Shown here: positions 35,006-48,300 of the stretch, piece after piece | Layout: every line of letters starts with the position of its first letter | Numbering within the stretch: position 1 is the stretch's first letter | DNA from: Psammoneis japonica | Taxonomy: Eukaryota | NCBI GenBank assembly: GCA_008632985.1 | Contig: QPGO01000152.1 | Span: 124,001-188,000 of the forward strand | Length of the DNA stretch: 64,000 bases | Reading direction: 5' to 3' | Program-made: the position numbers and the translations under genes | The notes under the pieces: model-generated | What the model saw: the letters and a program-made list of their open reading frames with translations, nothing else | Told to the model about the DNA's origin: nothing | Databases searched by the model: none

Positions 35006-38000
35006 TTATAAGACTCATGGAGAGGTCACTCGCAATCAATACCAACAGCAACTACCGGTAAGTCTTTGTTTCGAGCGAGGCGTCATCGTCATCGTCTCGT
35101 CGTGTGGCTCTTGTGCAGTGCGCGCATCGCGCTGTTCGAGGTGTTGCTGGTGTTGTCCGTGTGTCTTGCTGACAGCATTTACTTGTGCTTGGGCTGGGCT
35201 AGCTAGCTGCCATCACTTTGAGTTTGCTTGTCGACTTGCCCTTGCCATTGTCGCCATTGAGAGACCACCCAAAAACAAGCAACCCTCTTTGAGGACAAGC
35301 TCCATCCCTGAGTGTGTTCTTTTTTCCCAGTGGTGCTTTTCTGGAACTTGTGGGCCGGGGGTGCAGGCATCTGGGTGCAGCAGCAAAAATGGTGATCCAC
35401 TTTTTTGGTGAAAGTGGTCCCATGTGTGCATGCTCTGCATCACAACCCACCCCAACTTCTAGTCTCCTCCTCTCTCCTCTGCAGTGCTCATGGCCAAGAC
35501 ATGGAGGGGTCATCATGTTGTGGACGTGGGTTTTCTTGATGTCATGAACCATGTCTCTCCTTCCTTGTCCCTGTGAGCTGTTGTGAACAGTGTGCAGAAG
35601 CTGTCTCAATGCTGTTGTCAAGCAGCAGCTTTGTCAGAGAGAAAAGAGGAGGGAATCCACGCACATGCAATGGTGCAGCAGTGTTCATGTCATCAAGGCA
35701 ACAACTGTGCCATGAACCATGAAGTGCTTGAACGAAAAATGTCCCATGGACGCCACGGCGACAGCTGGTCAACTGAATCTTTGGCTGTGTTTGAGATGAC
35801 GGGTCCAAGTTTTCTGAGAAAGCTGTGCCAGGGAATTGCACCATGTTTCGGCCAGTCTGCATGTCGAACAGCAGTGACTCTTTTGACTTTGCAAAGATTC
35901 ATGATTTGCAGGACGATTGCATTGACTGGACTTTGTTCCTTTCTGACACAATGCTTTCTTGGATCAATCGATGAGTGCCACACACTCCATCGCACACTCC
36001 GCACAGCAACATCACTTGACCGAACTGCAACAATTCTCCAAAGAAGTCTCTGGAACCTTTGCTCAGAAACCCTTCAATCTTGGTGCGGATCCCAAGCTCG
36101 CATCCAAACCCACACATTGCAATGCCCATGGTTCCACAACTTCTGCCTTTTCCATGCAGATCGAGATGCTCACACTTGTTGTAAATGTGCAAAACGCAAC
36201 TGTTTGGAGATTCTGTGTCAAATGATGTGCCATTTTCATCCTTTGTCTCCATGTCAATTAAACATGGCAATGTTGTTTCATTGTCACAGTCGGCAAAACT
36301 CTCACAAAGCCAAAGTCTGCCCAAGTTCATGTCAAACAAATTTGCCTGAAGTCCAGTCTTTTTGTCCATGACATGAATGCGAGTGGGACAAGGACACTGT
36401 GCACAGTGATGCACTCCCTTGCAGCAGGCAATGATTCTGCCAGCTCTGCTTTCCTCTTCATGACAGCATTCAAAGGGTGGAAAATGACAATCGTTCTCGT
36501 CAAAAAAGTCTGGCAAATTCAAGTGAAGAACAAAACCACTGTCTTCAGTGTTTGTTGCCATCTGACAAGTGTCTGCAAAGGCGCATTGTGTGGTGAAATC
36601 ATTCAACAAACATCCGTCCATCTCGATGATGAGCGCGCATTTGGTGGCATTGAGTTTGGCACCACATCCCGGATCTGCAGGCCCAGGCAGCGTTGCTCCT
36701 TCCAACCTTTCTTTTTGGTCCTGATCATGAGTTTTCCGGGTGTCAATTGCCTCAACTCGGTCGTGAATCCTTTGCCTCAAGAGTTGTTTCCAGTCAATGT
36801 TGTCATTGCTGCTGCTGCTGCCCTTGTCATCTACTCCTTCTGAAACAAACCTGACTTGTGCTTGCAAGATGGGGGCGTGCTGCTTGCATCCAAACTGCAA
36901 ATCACCCAAAGGAATCTTCTTGTCATGAGAAGAGCACTCCAAAAGTGTGGTCACAACTTCCTTGACAAACTCCTTTTCAGAAATCTCAAATTCATTTGTT
37001 GGATTTTTGTCTTCTCGGTGGGTGGAGCAGGGGAGGTTGTGGATGCCATTTTAAAACTTGAGACAGTGTGTCATGGCAACAGGGAAGCAGCAAAAGACAG
37101 GCTTCAGGATGATGCTGTGCTGGCAAAAGGCAAATGGGGCCTGCTGAAGCTGAGCAGCAGGATGATGTTTTCAGTTTCCAAGATGATGCCGAAGTCTGGA
37201 AGTCTGGCTGAGTGCTGCCACGTTGAGCGTGTGGACGAACGTGCGTGCAGTGCAATGACTTGTTGCTCGACCTGCACAATGAATGGGGTGGACATGTTCT
37301 TGCACACCAGCAGGGGGTGGGTGATGATGTGTGCAAATGGACAATGTTCAACTCATGCATGCTGCGTGCCAAGCAAATGCACCCAAGTGCACTCATCTCT
37401 GACAGCTGTTGGCATCAGAAAATCATTGAATGTTGTGCACACTCTCCAAGGGAGTCATTTTCTCAGCAGGCAACTTCTGCCACCATCAGTCTTGCCAGTG
37501 CTGTCTGTGCGTGTTTGTGAAACTCTGCGCCACTTCGCATCACCACCACTTCCTTGGCTTGGTTGACAGGCTCGCCCCTTGCTGTTCCACACATGCCCCC
37601 ACAGGGTCCTCAGGCTGTTTGCTTTGTGACTTTCAAAGTTTCCACATTTGACATGACTTTTGGAGTTGCCCTTGCTTTGTGTCCTTCAAAATTTCCACAC
37701 CCAGCACAACTTTTTGAGCTGCCCTTGTTGTTTTCATCAGCTCAGCACCCCAGTGCATCAATGCTCAGAGCCCCTCCCCAACTCCTCCTCTCTGTGGCAA
37801 CTGATGCTCATGGCCAAGATTTGGAGGTCATCATGTTGTGGATGTGGGTTTTGCTTTACCTTTTGTGCCATGATTCTCTGTCCTTGTTGTTGTGAGCAGC
37901 ATGCAAGCAACAACAAAGCTGATTTTTGCTTGCCAGGTTGCCACATTTTCAGAGAGAAGAAGAAGAGGAAACTCACAATGGCAACTTGGTGTGCTGCTTG

Positions 38001-39949
38001 AATGGCATGCCAGGAGCTGTGGTGCACTGGGCACCCCACCCATGCCACAGCCATTGGGTGTTGAGTGGGGGGGGGGGGGTGAATGCCACTGCCACGTCTC
38101 CAAAATGTGAGAGGGAGTGCGGGGTGTTCATGTTGACTGCCTCCAGCAGTGCATCAGCAAAACCCATCAAGAGCATCTGCAGCAAGTGGCAACAAGAAAA
38201 CAAAGGAGGTGAGATGGAAACTGTGGCATGAGCTGGATGGGTGCATCTGGTGTGGAAGCTCAGCCTGGCAGTTGAGGAAAATGCAGGGAGAGATGACTCA
38301 GAAGGAGCCAGCAGACTTCAACAGCTGCCAACTTCTGTTTGTGCAAGCCTGCACTTTTGCAGATGCAACCACTGATGGCACTTGCAAACTTTGGTCATTG
38401 CTCTCAGAAACCCTCCTCTGGAAAATGGATTTGACCTCCAGATGATGGCACTGAGTGACTGCTCACTCTTCAGCAAATCTTGTCACCAGCCACTTTTGCA
38501 GACATTCAGCAGCAGTGTGTCATTGCCACCTTGTGTTGATGACCCACATGACATGTCACAATTTGAAAAGCTGCACCTTTGTCTGTCAACTTTTGGCCCT
38601 TCTTGTTCTGCTGTGGCCAGCTGAGACAAGAAGGGAGGAGCGAACTTGCAGCTCTGCCCAAGCCAGAAAATGCCTTGATGATTGTGTGTAAAATGCACAA
38701 GGAAGGGCAAACATGTTGTGACAATGGTGCGCACTCAAGAAGACATTCCAGGTGAGGAGCATGTCACCATGTTTGTTGCACGTGTGTTCTTGAGAAAAGT
38801 GTTTCCAACTCATCTCAAAACATGTGCCAACCCAGTTGGCAACTTTTTGGATGTTTCAGATGTGTTCAAGGTGGTTGACACAGTTGGCTTTTTAATTTAG
38901 ATGTTTGGTGTTTGGTGTGGTTAGAGTTTTTTTAGATGTCCAGCAAGGTGCCAGCTGGACATTCTTCATTGGCCATGCAGCTCAAACAATGGGTTGGCAA
39001 TTTTTTGGAGACATTTGAGTTGAGCTTGGCTTGTGAGACATTTGAGATGGGCCGGCAATTTTTTTGGATGCTTGAGACACCTTGGCAGTTTTTTTTCTTT
39101 TTGCGTGAGCTGGTTGGAGCTCATCAAAGCTGCTGATGTGCGTGTGTGCTCGCACAGGTGACAACAAAAATCACATGTGCCAGCAAATTCAATTGAAGTG
39201 TGTCTGCACACTGGCATGTGTCACATCACAACTCAATTGCGCAATCTTCCTCACCCACAAGAGGTGTCTTGAAGTGTCAAAAACCCAGATTCCAAGTGCA
39301 AACCACAACAAAAAGCATTGCAGATGTGTGCGCACTTGACAATGAAGAACTTCAACATCTTTAACAAAATTGGATGCTCCAGCCACCACACCACACTTTA
39401 AAAGGTCTGTCTGGTTTTCTGGACTGCTCGCTCCTTTTTGGATCTGTGACTCTAGTGGACAAAAGAGCTCCAGCAGTGTCTTGCTGATTTTTCAGTTAAA
39501 AAAAATGCTGTGCAGCGTCCAGCAAATGTGAGAAAAGTGCGTTGTTCACAAAGCCCTGAATGGCACACTGCCTTGCTGGTCAGGCAATGTCCAAAGAGAT
39601 GTTTGAAAGCAGAGTTCTCTGTCAGCTGCAGATTGTGAACAAACCACACAAACAGATCTCAGATGTTCTTAAATGTGCATGATGCAAGAGGTGTGGTCAA
39701 AAGGCCACAAGACACTGGAAAGTTCTGCTCAATCAAGATCCAGTGATCAAGCTCCAGCCATCTGGCAGTTGACACATCAACTTTCTTGTTCTGGATGGCA
39801 ACAAGTGGGGTTGTGCAATGGGCATTGTGTGTGTAATTTGTGCTTCCTTTGGCACTTCCCACAGACAGTGCTTGGAGAGAATTTGAGAGCCACACCATCA
39901 TTTTTTGACAGCACACTTGTCTCCACCACATTTGTGAAAGAACTCAGCA

Positions 39950-41250
39950 TCATGTTGGTGCCAAACCCACCATTCTCAGAAAGAGATGGGTTTTCCTTTT
40001 TGATCAGATCAACCTGCCATTTGTTGAGCCAAAATGGACATTTGTGTTTGTGGTGCCATTGTCCCTGACCCCAGCAGCAGTGCTTGTGGCCCACAGAACA
40101 ACTCTCTGGAATGAGCTCATGCAGCATGGGGAAGACAAGAAATGTCATTTGCTGGAAGTCTGTCACTCTGCAAAGACAACAAATGACAAAAACATGGTCA
40201 ATTGTTTGAGCATTTTGTCATCCAGAGATGCCTTTCAAATGGCAACAGTGCAATCTAGGAGGAAGATGATTGGCAGAAATTGGCACTGATTGCTTCAACA
40301 GAGGTCCACTGTTCAAACTTTATGGCAACATTGACCTCATTTGGAAGCCAGTCTGCAACGCACACAGAGCTCTCAAGTTCATGTGAATTTGCACAATGAT
40401 GATGTGGCGCCATCCTTTTGCTTGCAACTTGTGCAGGAAAGTCAGCTGGCTCCAAAACTTTGGCACTTTTTGCTTGTTGCACTTGGGCCCTGAGGAAATG
40501 CCATGACAAATCTTGTGAGCAACTTGGTCTAGCCACCCATCTTTGTGATGAGGCTGATGAGAAAAAGTGCTCATGATGATGGCAGGAGAGAGCACAAAGT
40601 GTTGCATCTTTCAAACAGCTTCCAGCAAGAATTCTGCGTCATGTTTTGAAAATTTGCACAATGACCAGATGGGTGCTTTTTTCTGCAATTTGTGCTGTTG
40701 GCACTTGAGTGTGAAGAAAGTGTGCTCTGTGTTCTGTGTTGTCCAAGCTCAGCTGCCTGCAGGCCATGCATCCATGATGCATCCAGCAGAAGTGTTTGTT
40801 GCCAGGGCAGTGCTCCATTGTCCATTGCAGAGGCCAGGAATGTGGTGCACACCAAGAAAACACAGGCAAGAAATTGCACTTCTGCTCAACCCATGGGCTG
40901 CAGTTTTGCATGAGTGAGGAGATCAACAAACCTTGGGATTGGCACAACCAACACATGATTTTACATCTCCATTTGAGATGCCACGTGTCTTTGCACTGAC
41001 TTTTTCTTGGTCTCTGCTCTGCTGCTGATCTTTGCAAACACACAGTTGCACCTTGAACAGAGCAGACCTGCCTGGGCCAGCCTGTGTTCCTCCGTGGCAG
41101 TGATCTTTCAGTGCCAAGACTTGCTGCACAATTGAGTGGGCCATCACTGACAAAAACACCACCAAATGCTTTGTCTGCATTCCACAACAAAATGATCAAC
41201 ACATTTGCAGTGACACACCACTGGTCAGATGAAAGACAAATCAATTTTGC
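39950..41250 (-). mobile_element. Probable non-LTR retrotransposon remnant (RNase H and C-terminal region); second copy at ~43840-44190
   Basis: FVSDG, LEPADF and HCANSH(E) resemble decayed LINE RNase H motifs; ~40100-40180 and ~40425-40645 align with ~43840-43920 and ~43985-44190. Confidence 0.4.
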
Positions 41251-41699
41251 ACAAATTGTGAGAAGACAAGAACACAACAGCTTTGGTGTCAGAAAACGGT
41301 TTTGCCATGTTGTTTGCATGGGCCCACCTTTTGGCCCCTTGTTTGTGGTCACTTCTCTTGTGAGCTCCTCTGTCATCAGCAGTCTTCATTGCAAAATGCT
41401 GTGTCTCATTTGCTGTTGTCTCCCTTCACCAATCCAGCCACAGGGACATGTTGAGAATGCAACAAAACCACAACAGGCATTCTCTTGTTTGCTTGTTGTT
41501 TTTTCTCACAACAGTGAGAAGACCACAAGAGCTTCTCAGCTGTTGCAAGCCTTGCACTCTACAGAGCCTCCAACAGCTGAGCTGGCCACACCCTCAACTT
41601 GGTTTGTTTGTGGTTTGCAGCTCTCTTGTCTGCACCTTGTGTGACATTGGCGCACAATCTGCTGCAACTTCAAACACATTCCTGCAACAAGATTGGCTC

Positions 41700-43300
41700 T
41701 GCTGGTGAGTCAGGTGAGTTCACAATTCACTTCCAGAGCTTCAAGGCACCATGCAAGATTTCATGAAGAAATCAGCAATCATGACATCCACTGGATGGTG
41801 CTCAATTTGCACTTCAACATCCCAATCCTTGATGTGCTGGTCACCAGCAATGAAGAAATGTCTGATGTTGAAGTGTCTTGTCTGTCTGCCACTGGTGGCT
41901 CTTCCATTTTACTCTGGCAGCATGGCACTCTGGTTGTCTTGGTGCACCACATTGTGTTTGACCTCACATCCTTGGGCTGCCAGAAAATGCCCAGTCCAAA
42001 CAACCAGTGGCGCGCTGTTGTCCATGCCTGCCAATTCCGCCTCAGCCAAGCCTTTTGCGTTTGGTTTCTGCTTGGTCAACATGGAGTGCACAGATCCCTT
42101 TCCTGGAGACATGGCCACGCCAGTGTGATTCTTGCACTCCTGGTGGACAGCCAGGAAAGGAAGCATCTGTGCCTGTCATTTGGTGGCAAGGTCTTGATCT
42201 GCCTCCAAAGTTAGAACCAGGTCCTCAGATCTGTTTGGATGCTGTGCTCACCTTTGCAGCCTTTTCCAGTGATCTTCCAGAGGAGCTGCCACCCAAGCAA
42301 ACAGAAACAACACTTCAGTTTGAATGTTGGGACAAGCTTGGAGGCATGCTGGGCAGAGGAGTTTGGCAGCCAGATGGTGGTGTGCCTCAGCCTGGTCTTT
42401 TGACAAGGGTTGGAACTTGTTGCTGGTGTCCACTGTGAACAGGTTTTTGCATGCCAGGTCAGGTGCAATGCCATTCATGGATTTGACCTTTCCATCTTCT
42501 GAATGATGCCCAGGTGGTCATGTGTCTTTCGTTGGTGGATGGTGACAGGAGTCAATTCTCTGTGCTTCTTGTTGAGCTTGGCAGCTGTGTCTTCTGGCAC
42601 CTCCTGTTGCTCTGTGTGGGACAGTTTCAGGTCATTAAAATGCCACACTGTTGTGAATTGCTGACGGTTCACAACCTTGATGACCAAACACCAGTCATGT
42701 GGGTTCATCTCAAACCAAAGGTCTTGGCATGAGAATGAGAAAAGATTCTTCCAGAATGGTGGAGCTGCTTGTTGGGTCCTGCACAATCTTTTCTTGAGTT
42801 CAACATGCCTTTTTCCCATCACCATGCACTTGCGGCACTTCTTGGGATCCACCCAATGCAACAATTCAGCAATTGTTTTGCCTTGGCTGCCTTTGATTCC
42901 AACATGGACCAACTCATCCATGTCTGTGTGCGCATGGATGCTCTGGGAGTCAACAGTCATGACTTGTGCACAGACAAGAAAAGGGCTTGATTGCTCAATG
43001 CAAGGCAGAGCTCTTGCACACACATTGCTTTCTTCAATCAGCACAACCTCTCCCTTCAATGCTCCCATCTCTTTTCTGCTTGAAGCACATCAGGCACCAA
43101 AGTCCATCCTTTTTCTGTTCCCTGGACAAATCATTGGCAAACACAGGCTGCGCCACATTGTGTGAGTCCAGCTGCCTCATCTCCTTGACCACAGCATCTG
43201 CTCTAGCCCTTCCAAGCACCTTCCTCAAACCCTTTTTCAAGGACATTTGTTCTGTGAGGAACAGCACTCCTGCTGGGTCTTTGAAGTGTTGTGTGACCAG
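41700..43300 (-). mobile_element. Ty1/Copia pol remnant (RT-RNase H)
   Basis: QMSLKKGL, KQKRDGSIEGRGCAD, FEMNPHDWC, VWHFNDLKLSH, HTGVAMSPGKG, KQKPNAKGLAEAEL, VHQDNQSAM. Confidence 0.9.
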
Positions 43301-45371
43301 GTGGAGCTGACGGTCAAGCTCCTTGCCATGCCAGTGTCAGTGGTCTTGCTCTCTGTGTCTTTGGTTGCAGGACTCCATTCATCTGCCACACATCTGCAGC
43401 TCATGTCATCAACCATTTGATTGCATTCTTTGTTTTCTGATTCATCATCAGAGTCTTCATGAACTCCGAGTGTTGGGGGTTCATCTTTGTCCTTGCCATT
43501 GCTGGGGAGACATCATTGATGGTGCAGTTGGCATCTCTGGGAATGAGGTTGGGAACATTGGCCAGCTGTGCTGTTGCTGCATCTTTGTCTTCCTCCACTC
43601 CTGTGTGTTCCCCAGAGAATCTGAGTTGTTGTCATGGGCCCCCCCAGGCTGTCAGTGTCTCCTGTGTCTCCCACTCCTGGGGTGCCCACCTGTTGAATGT
43701 CATTCACTCCTGTGTTTTTTGGTGGCTGGCGTGCACCCACTTTTGTGTTTCCTCAGGTGTTGGACACATTTCTGTTTGTCTCTCTGTGGCATTGTCACCC
43801 CATGTTCCCACTTGCTGTGCTTGTGGTGGCACACAGAGTCACTCTCTAGGATGAGCTCATGCTGCAGCACATGGAAGACAAGGAACATCATTTTCTAGAA
43901 GTCTGTTTCTTGGCAGACACAGCCAATGACACCAAATCAGGTTTGCACCCTCCTGTTTGACCCAATGTTTTCTGGAAATTGACCCATGTTGAGGAAAGTG
44001 AGTTGGCTCCACAACTTTGACACAGCACACTTGTGCACCTGGGCTTCAGGATGTGTGGCAACAAATCATGTCAGCAACTTGGTCCAGCCACCCATCTTTG
44101 AGACAAAGCTGACAAGATGCACCTCCAATGACAACAGCACACAGCATTGCATTTTTCAAAAAGCCATCAGCAAGAGTTCTGTTTCATGATTGGAAAATTT
44201 GCAATGGCCAGACAGGTGCTTGATGTGATTTTTCATGCTGCTGGTTGCTCATTGAGCAAAGAAGGTGTGTTTTTTGTGTCATCTGAGTTCAGTGGCAGGT
44301 CAGGTCCACACACTTTTTTGTGGAAATGCTTGTTGTCAGAGCGGCACTCCAGCCACAGAGGCAAAGAATGCAGCATGTGAGTTTGCAGTTTTTTTTGCGT
44401 GGGTGGGGTGATCAACAATGAACACTGGAGTCAGCGCAGCAACACATTTCATGTCTCTGTTGACACAGTTGACATCCTCCTTGCCACACCAGTTTTTCTT
44501 GGTTTCTCTGCACTGCTGCTCTCCCCTGCAAATGCATTGTTGTGCGTCAAACTCAGCAGCAGACCTGGGCTGGCCCATGCCTCCCAAGTTGATGCTCAGA
44601 AAACAGCTTTGTTGCATTGCCTTGATGGGCTCACTGCATTGCTCACCCTTGTTTGTGACACATTGGTCCATTTCTGAAAATGGGTGCCATCATGAGACGA
44701 CACTGTGCCCGCTGGGTTTGTGTGGTGGAATGGCAAAAAAGGCAAAGAGTTGGTTTTTCCAAATTGCTCTTTTTCGCAGCATTTTTTTTGTGTGGCTCTG
44801 CAGCCACAGACTGAGCTGCCAACTTTTTTGTCATCAAGCACAGATCTGGCTGAGAAGAAGCCACCAGCCACATTTTGTCATGCTGCTTTTTCTTTTCTGT
44901 TGTCCTTGCGTTTGTTTTTGCAAGCTTGAGCGCTTGCAACGCAACTTGCTGAAACGACCATGCTTCATCAAGTGCATTGAGCAGTTTGGGAACAAAGATG
45001 TTCTAGTGCAAAGCTCTGCCAGACAAGGTGTCTTTTTGCACGTGCCACAACAGGGGCAGGGCACGGCCATGAATCGTTTCCCTCCTGTTGTCATCATGAC
45101 AAGAAGCATCGACCACTGCTGGCGGCGGCGCAGCAGAGGCACGCATGCATGTGTGTTGCTTGCTGCAATAGTTAGTTGATGTGGGTTCTGCCACGTCACA
45201 GCCCCATTTCCACAGAGCCCTGGTCAGGGGTGAGCCTTACTGTACGGTAACTTCCTTGTGCATCAAAGAATATATATCTTATATCCCGTATCTCGTAACA
45301 CTGTTGTCTTCAGTCGTCAGTTCCTTTGTTGCTTGATGATTGAGTTCGACTTGACGTCGAGAAGCGTAGCA

Positions 45372-48300
45372 ATGACGACTGAGCTTGTTGATAAAGTCAA
45401 GAGTGTTGGGTCCTTCACCCTCAAACTCCTTGAAGGATGGGTATGGAAAGATACAGCTTCAATCACGTCCTCTTGGCGGTTGACAAATTTGTTCGTTGCG
45501 GAGACAACGATTCTCGTTACAGCCTCGATTATTTTTGTGCTGTACTTTTGGACGTTAAATCGACAGGCACATTTGAAAAGCACAAAGGGATCTACAATCA
45601 CATACAAGGTCGCGGATAAAGCTCAATATATTGATAGCGATGAAGATGAGGATGAGCAAAATGGCGATGCAACGAAGAAATCTACTATATCGAGAAGAAG
45701 AAGTTCCGCCAGACAAGCTCTCTTGGAATACAACACTGAGCAAGACGATGACGAGTTCGATACGGATGTGGAGACCGAAAGCCCTGAAAATAAAGAACGG
45801 AAAAGAAGACCAAGCATGCAACAACAGGGTCTTGCTGATATTGTGGATCACATCAAACTCTTTTCTTATTTGAATAAGGAAGCTCTGAAAATCTGTCTGA
45901 ACTATGTGGAGGTCGTGGATGTTTCAGAGGGAGAATATTTATTTGGGCGAAAGAAGTATGATGGATCTCTTTTGGCAGTAATGTCTGGTGAAGTGAAGGT
46001 CTACTTTCACGATTATGGCTTGCCCAAAGAAGACAGAATGGGTCAAGACGGAGGATCTGCAGATGAATTTGGCGAGGTGGTTGATTTCACGGTAGGGTCG
46101 GGCCACGTCGTCACGCCACTGTTATCATTGTTAGATGCACTTGTCATGGATCAGAAAAGAAAGGATGCTACGCTGAGATCGACTTCCAAGTCACTGCTGT
46201 TGTCATCTGGAATCTCGGCAGTCGCTACTGCTTCTGGCACTCGAGTCATTCGCATACCTCCAAGGTGCTTTTCCGAGGTATTAGAGCAGTTTCCTCAAGA
46301 AGTTTATCGAATTGCACAAACCACTGTTGGGCGTGTTCAAAGAATAGCAGTCCTGACGCTCGTGAAGACGTTGGGATTGCGTTCTGAATTGCTTTTGTGG
46401 GACAAAAAGGAAGCGCCAATACACGAGGGCACCAAGTTAACGAAATGGAAGCGTATCCAGTCAGTTCTCGATGAACGCCGCAAAGAAGTAAAAGTGCCTG
46501 GACAAAACGAGAAACTCCTTGATGAGCTACTGAGGGCTGATGCAGCAGCAGTAGCCGCTGTCCAACTGGGATGTCCAAAAGAGGACAGCAAGGCCCATGC
46601 TCTTCTTCAGGAGCACGCCAAAATTGTGAATCTCGCCGCTGGTACCATGATAATCAATCCTTCAACTCGTCAAGAAGCTGTGTATTTGCTTCTGCATGGG
46701 AAAGTGGAGGTGGGACTTGCGAGTCAGCAGGATGCGAGTTCGTCCGCAAGTAGCGGAGTAGATTCGTCTCTTTCATTCCAACCGTTTCGCACGGCCAAGC
46801 AGGGTGCCCTCATTGGTACACTCATGTGCTTTGGGAACAATGAAAGTATCTTCTCGGCGCAATGTTATGATTCGGGAGATGAATCCGAAAGCTGCGTGCT
46901 ACTTCGAATCCCCAAGCATGTTTTCCACGAAATCCTGTCGATGTATCCTAAAGCAATGGTCCGGTGTCTCGATTTGCTCTTCAATACCATCTCACCACTC
47001 GTCCACCTTCTCAACTGGAACTCGGAATGGGATCATGTGGAGGCGTCTACATCTGTTGCAAAGCGAGGGAGTCCGTGTGATGCCATGTTTATTGTGTTGA
47101 GTGGACGGCTTCGCGCAAAGGACCGTCTTCGCTCAGATTTCCCGACGAGGCGGTTTGAGGAATACGGCAGGGGAAAGTGTGTCGGAGAAATAATAGGTTT
47201 GACTGAGTCTTCTTGGCCGTACGACGTGTTCGCTGTTCGGCAATGCGAGCTTGCTAGAGTTCCAATAAAAACGCTGGTGGCAATGATTTCTCGATTCCCA
47301 GCAGCCGGCCTGCACTTTGCACGTGTGATTGCTTCAAAAGTCAATGGTCGGCGAATGAAAGATCAACCTTTTTTGGTTGATTCAATTCCCCGGAGCCAGC
47401 TGGCCACCCCTACCGGTATTTCAACCAGCCTCCTTCCAAGTTACGGCCTGAATCTTGCAACTGTTGCTGTTGTGAGTCTGAGTTCAGATATCGATCTATC
47501 CAGTTTCTGCTCATCTCTAGTTTCTGCGTTTGGACATATCGCCCCTACAAAACTCATGACCAAGGCACTGGCACGTGAGCAACTAGGTGAAAAGATATAC
47601 CGCCAACGAAATTCTATGCATGACCTCGTCATGACGCGGCTTTTGGCAGAACTTGAAGAAAACAACCGCCTGGTGGTTTACCAAGCTGACCTTAACTACA
47701 CTTGGTGGACAAAGCTTTGTATCCTGCAGGCTGATTGTATCCTTCTCGTCGTCAACGCAGATAGGGCTCCGGAAGAGAAGCGGGTGGAAAAGTCTTTGGC
47801 TTGGGCATTCGATTCAATGGACGTTCGGATCGAACTAGTGGTGGTTGGTCAAGGTGACCAAAGTACCGAGGAGCCAGAAGGCGATGATTATGAGCTGGAC
47901 GACGACATGAATGTCTCAGACAAATTGAATAATTGGAGCGAAGATCGAGAATGGATCAATGGTCATCATTTAGTCCGTTCGCCATTCTCGAGACACATGC
48001 TTGACTTTCATCGAATGTGCAGACGTGTAGCGGGCATTTCTGTCGGTTTGGTTTTGGGAGGTGGTGGAGCGCGTGGTCTTGCTCACTTGGGTGTCATAAA
48101 GGCTCTTCAAGAGGCAGGAATAATCATCGACATGGTCGGTGGAACGTCTCAGGGAGCATTCATCGCAGCGCTTTACGCTAAATCACCGGACAACTTTGAG
48201 ACACTGTTAAACGCAAGTCGCAAAATGTCGGATAAGATGGCCAGCATGAAAGAGAAGCTGTTGGATCTGACGCTACCAATGACAAGTATGTTCAGTGGCA

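Larger units (their letters stand above)
35200..45200. other. Heavily decayed, TpA- and CpG-depleted repeat block
   Basis: TA and CG nearly absent, TG/CA in excess; contains Copia and probable non-LTR remnants. Confidence 0.85.

Noticed and set aside
38047..38090. G13 run as a G-quadruplex or regulatory element
   Set aside because: Single homopolymer in a decayed repeat, with unreliable length and no supporting context.
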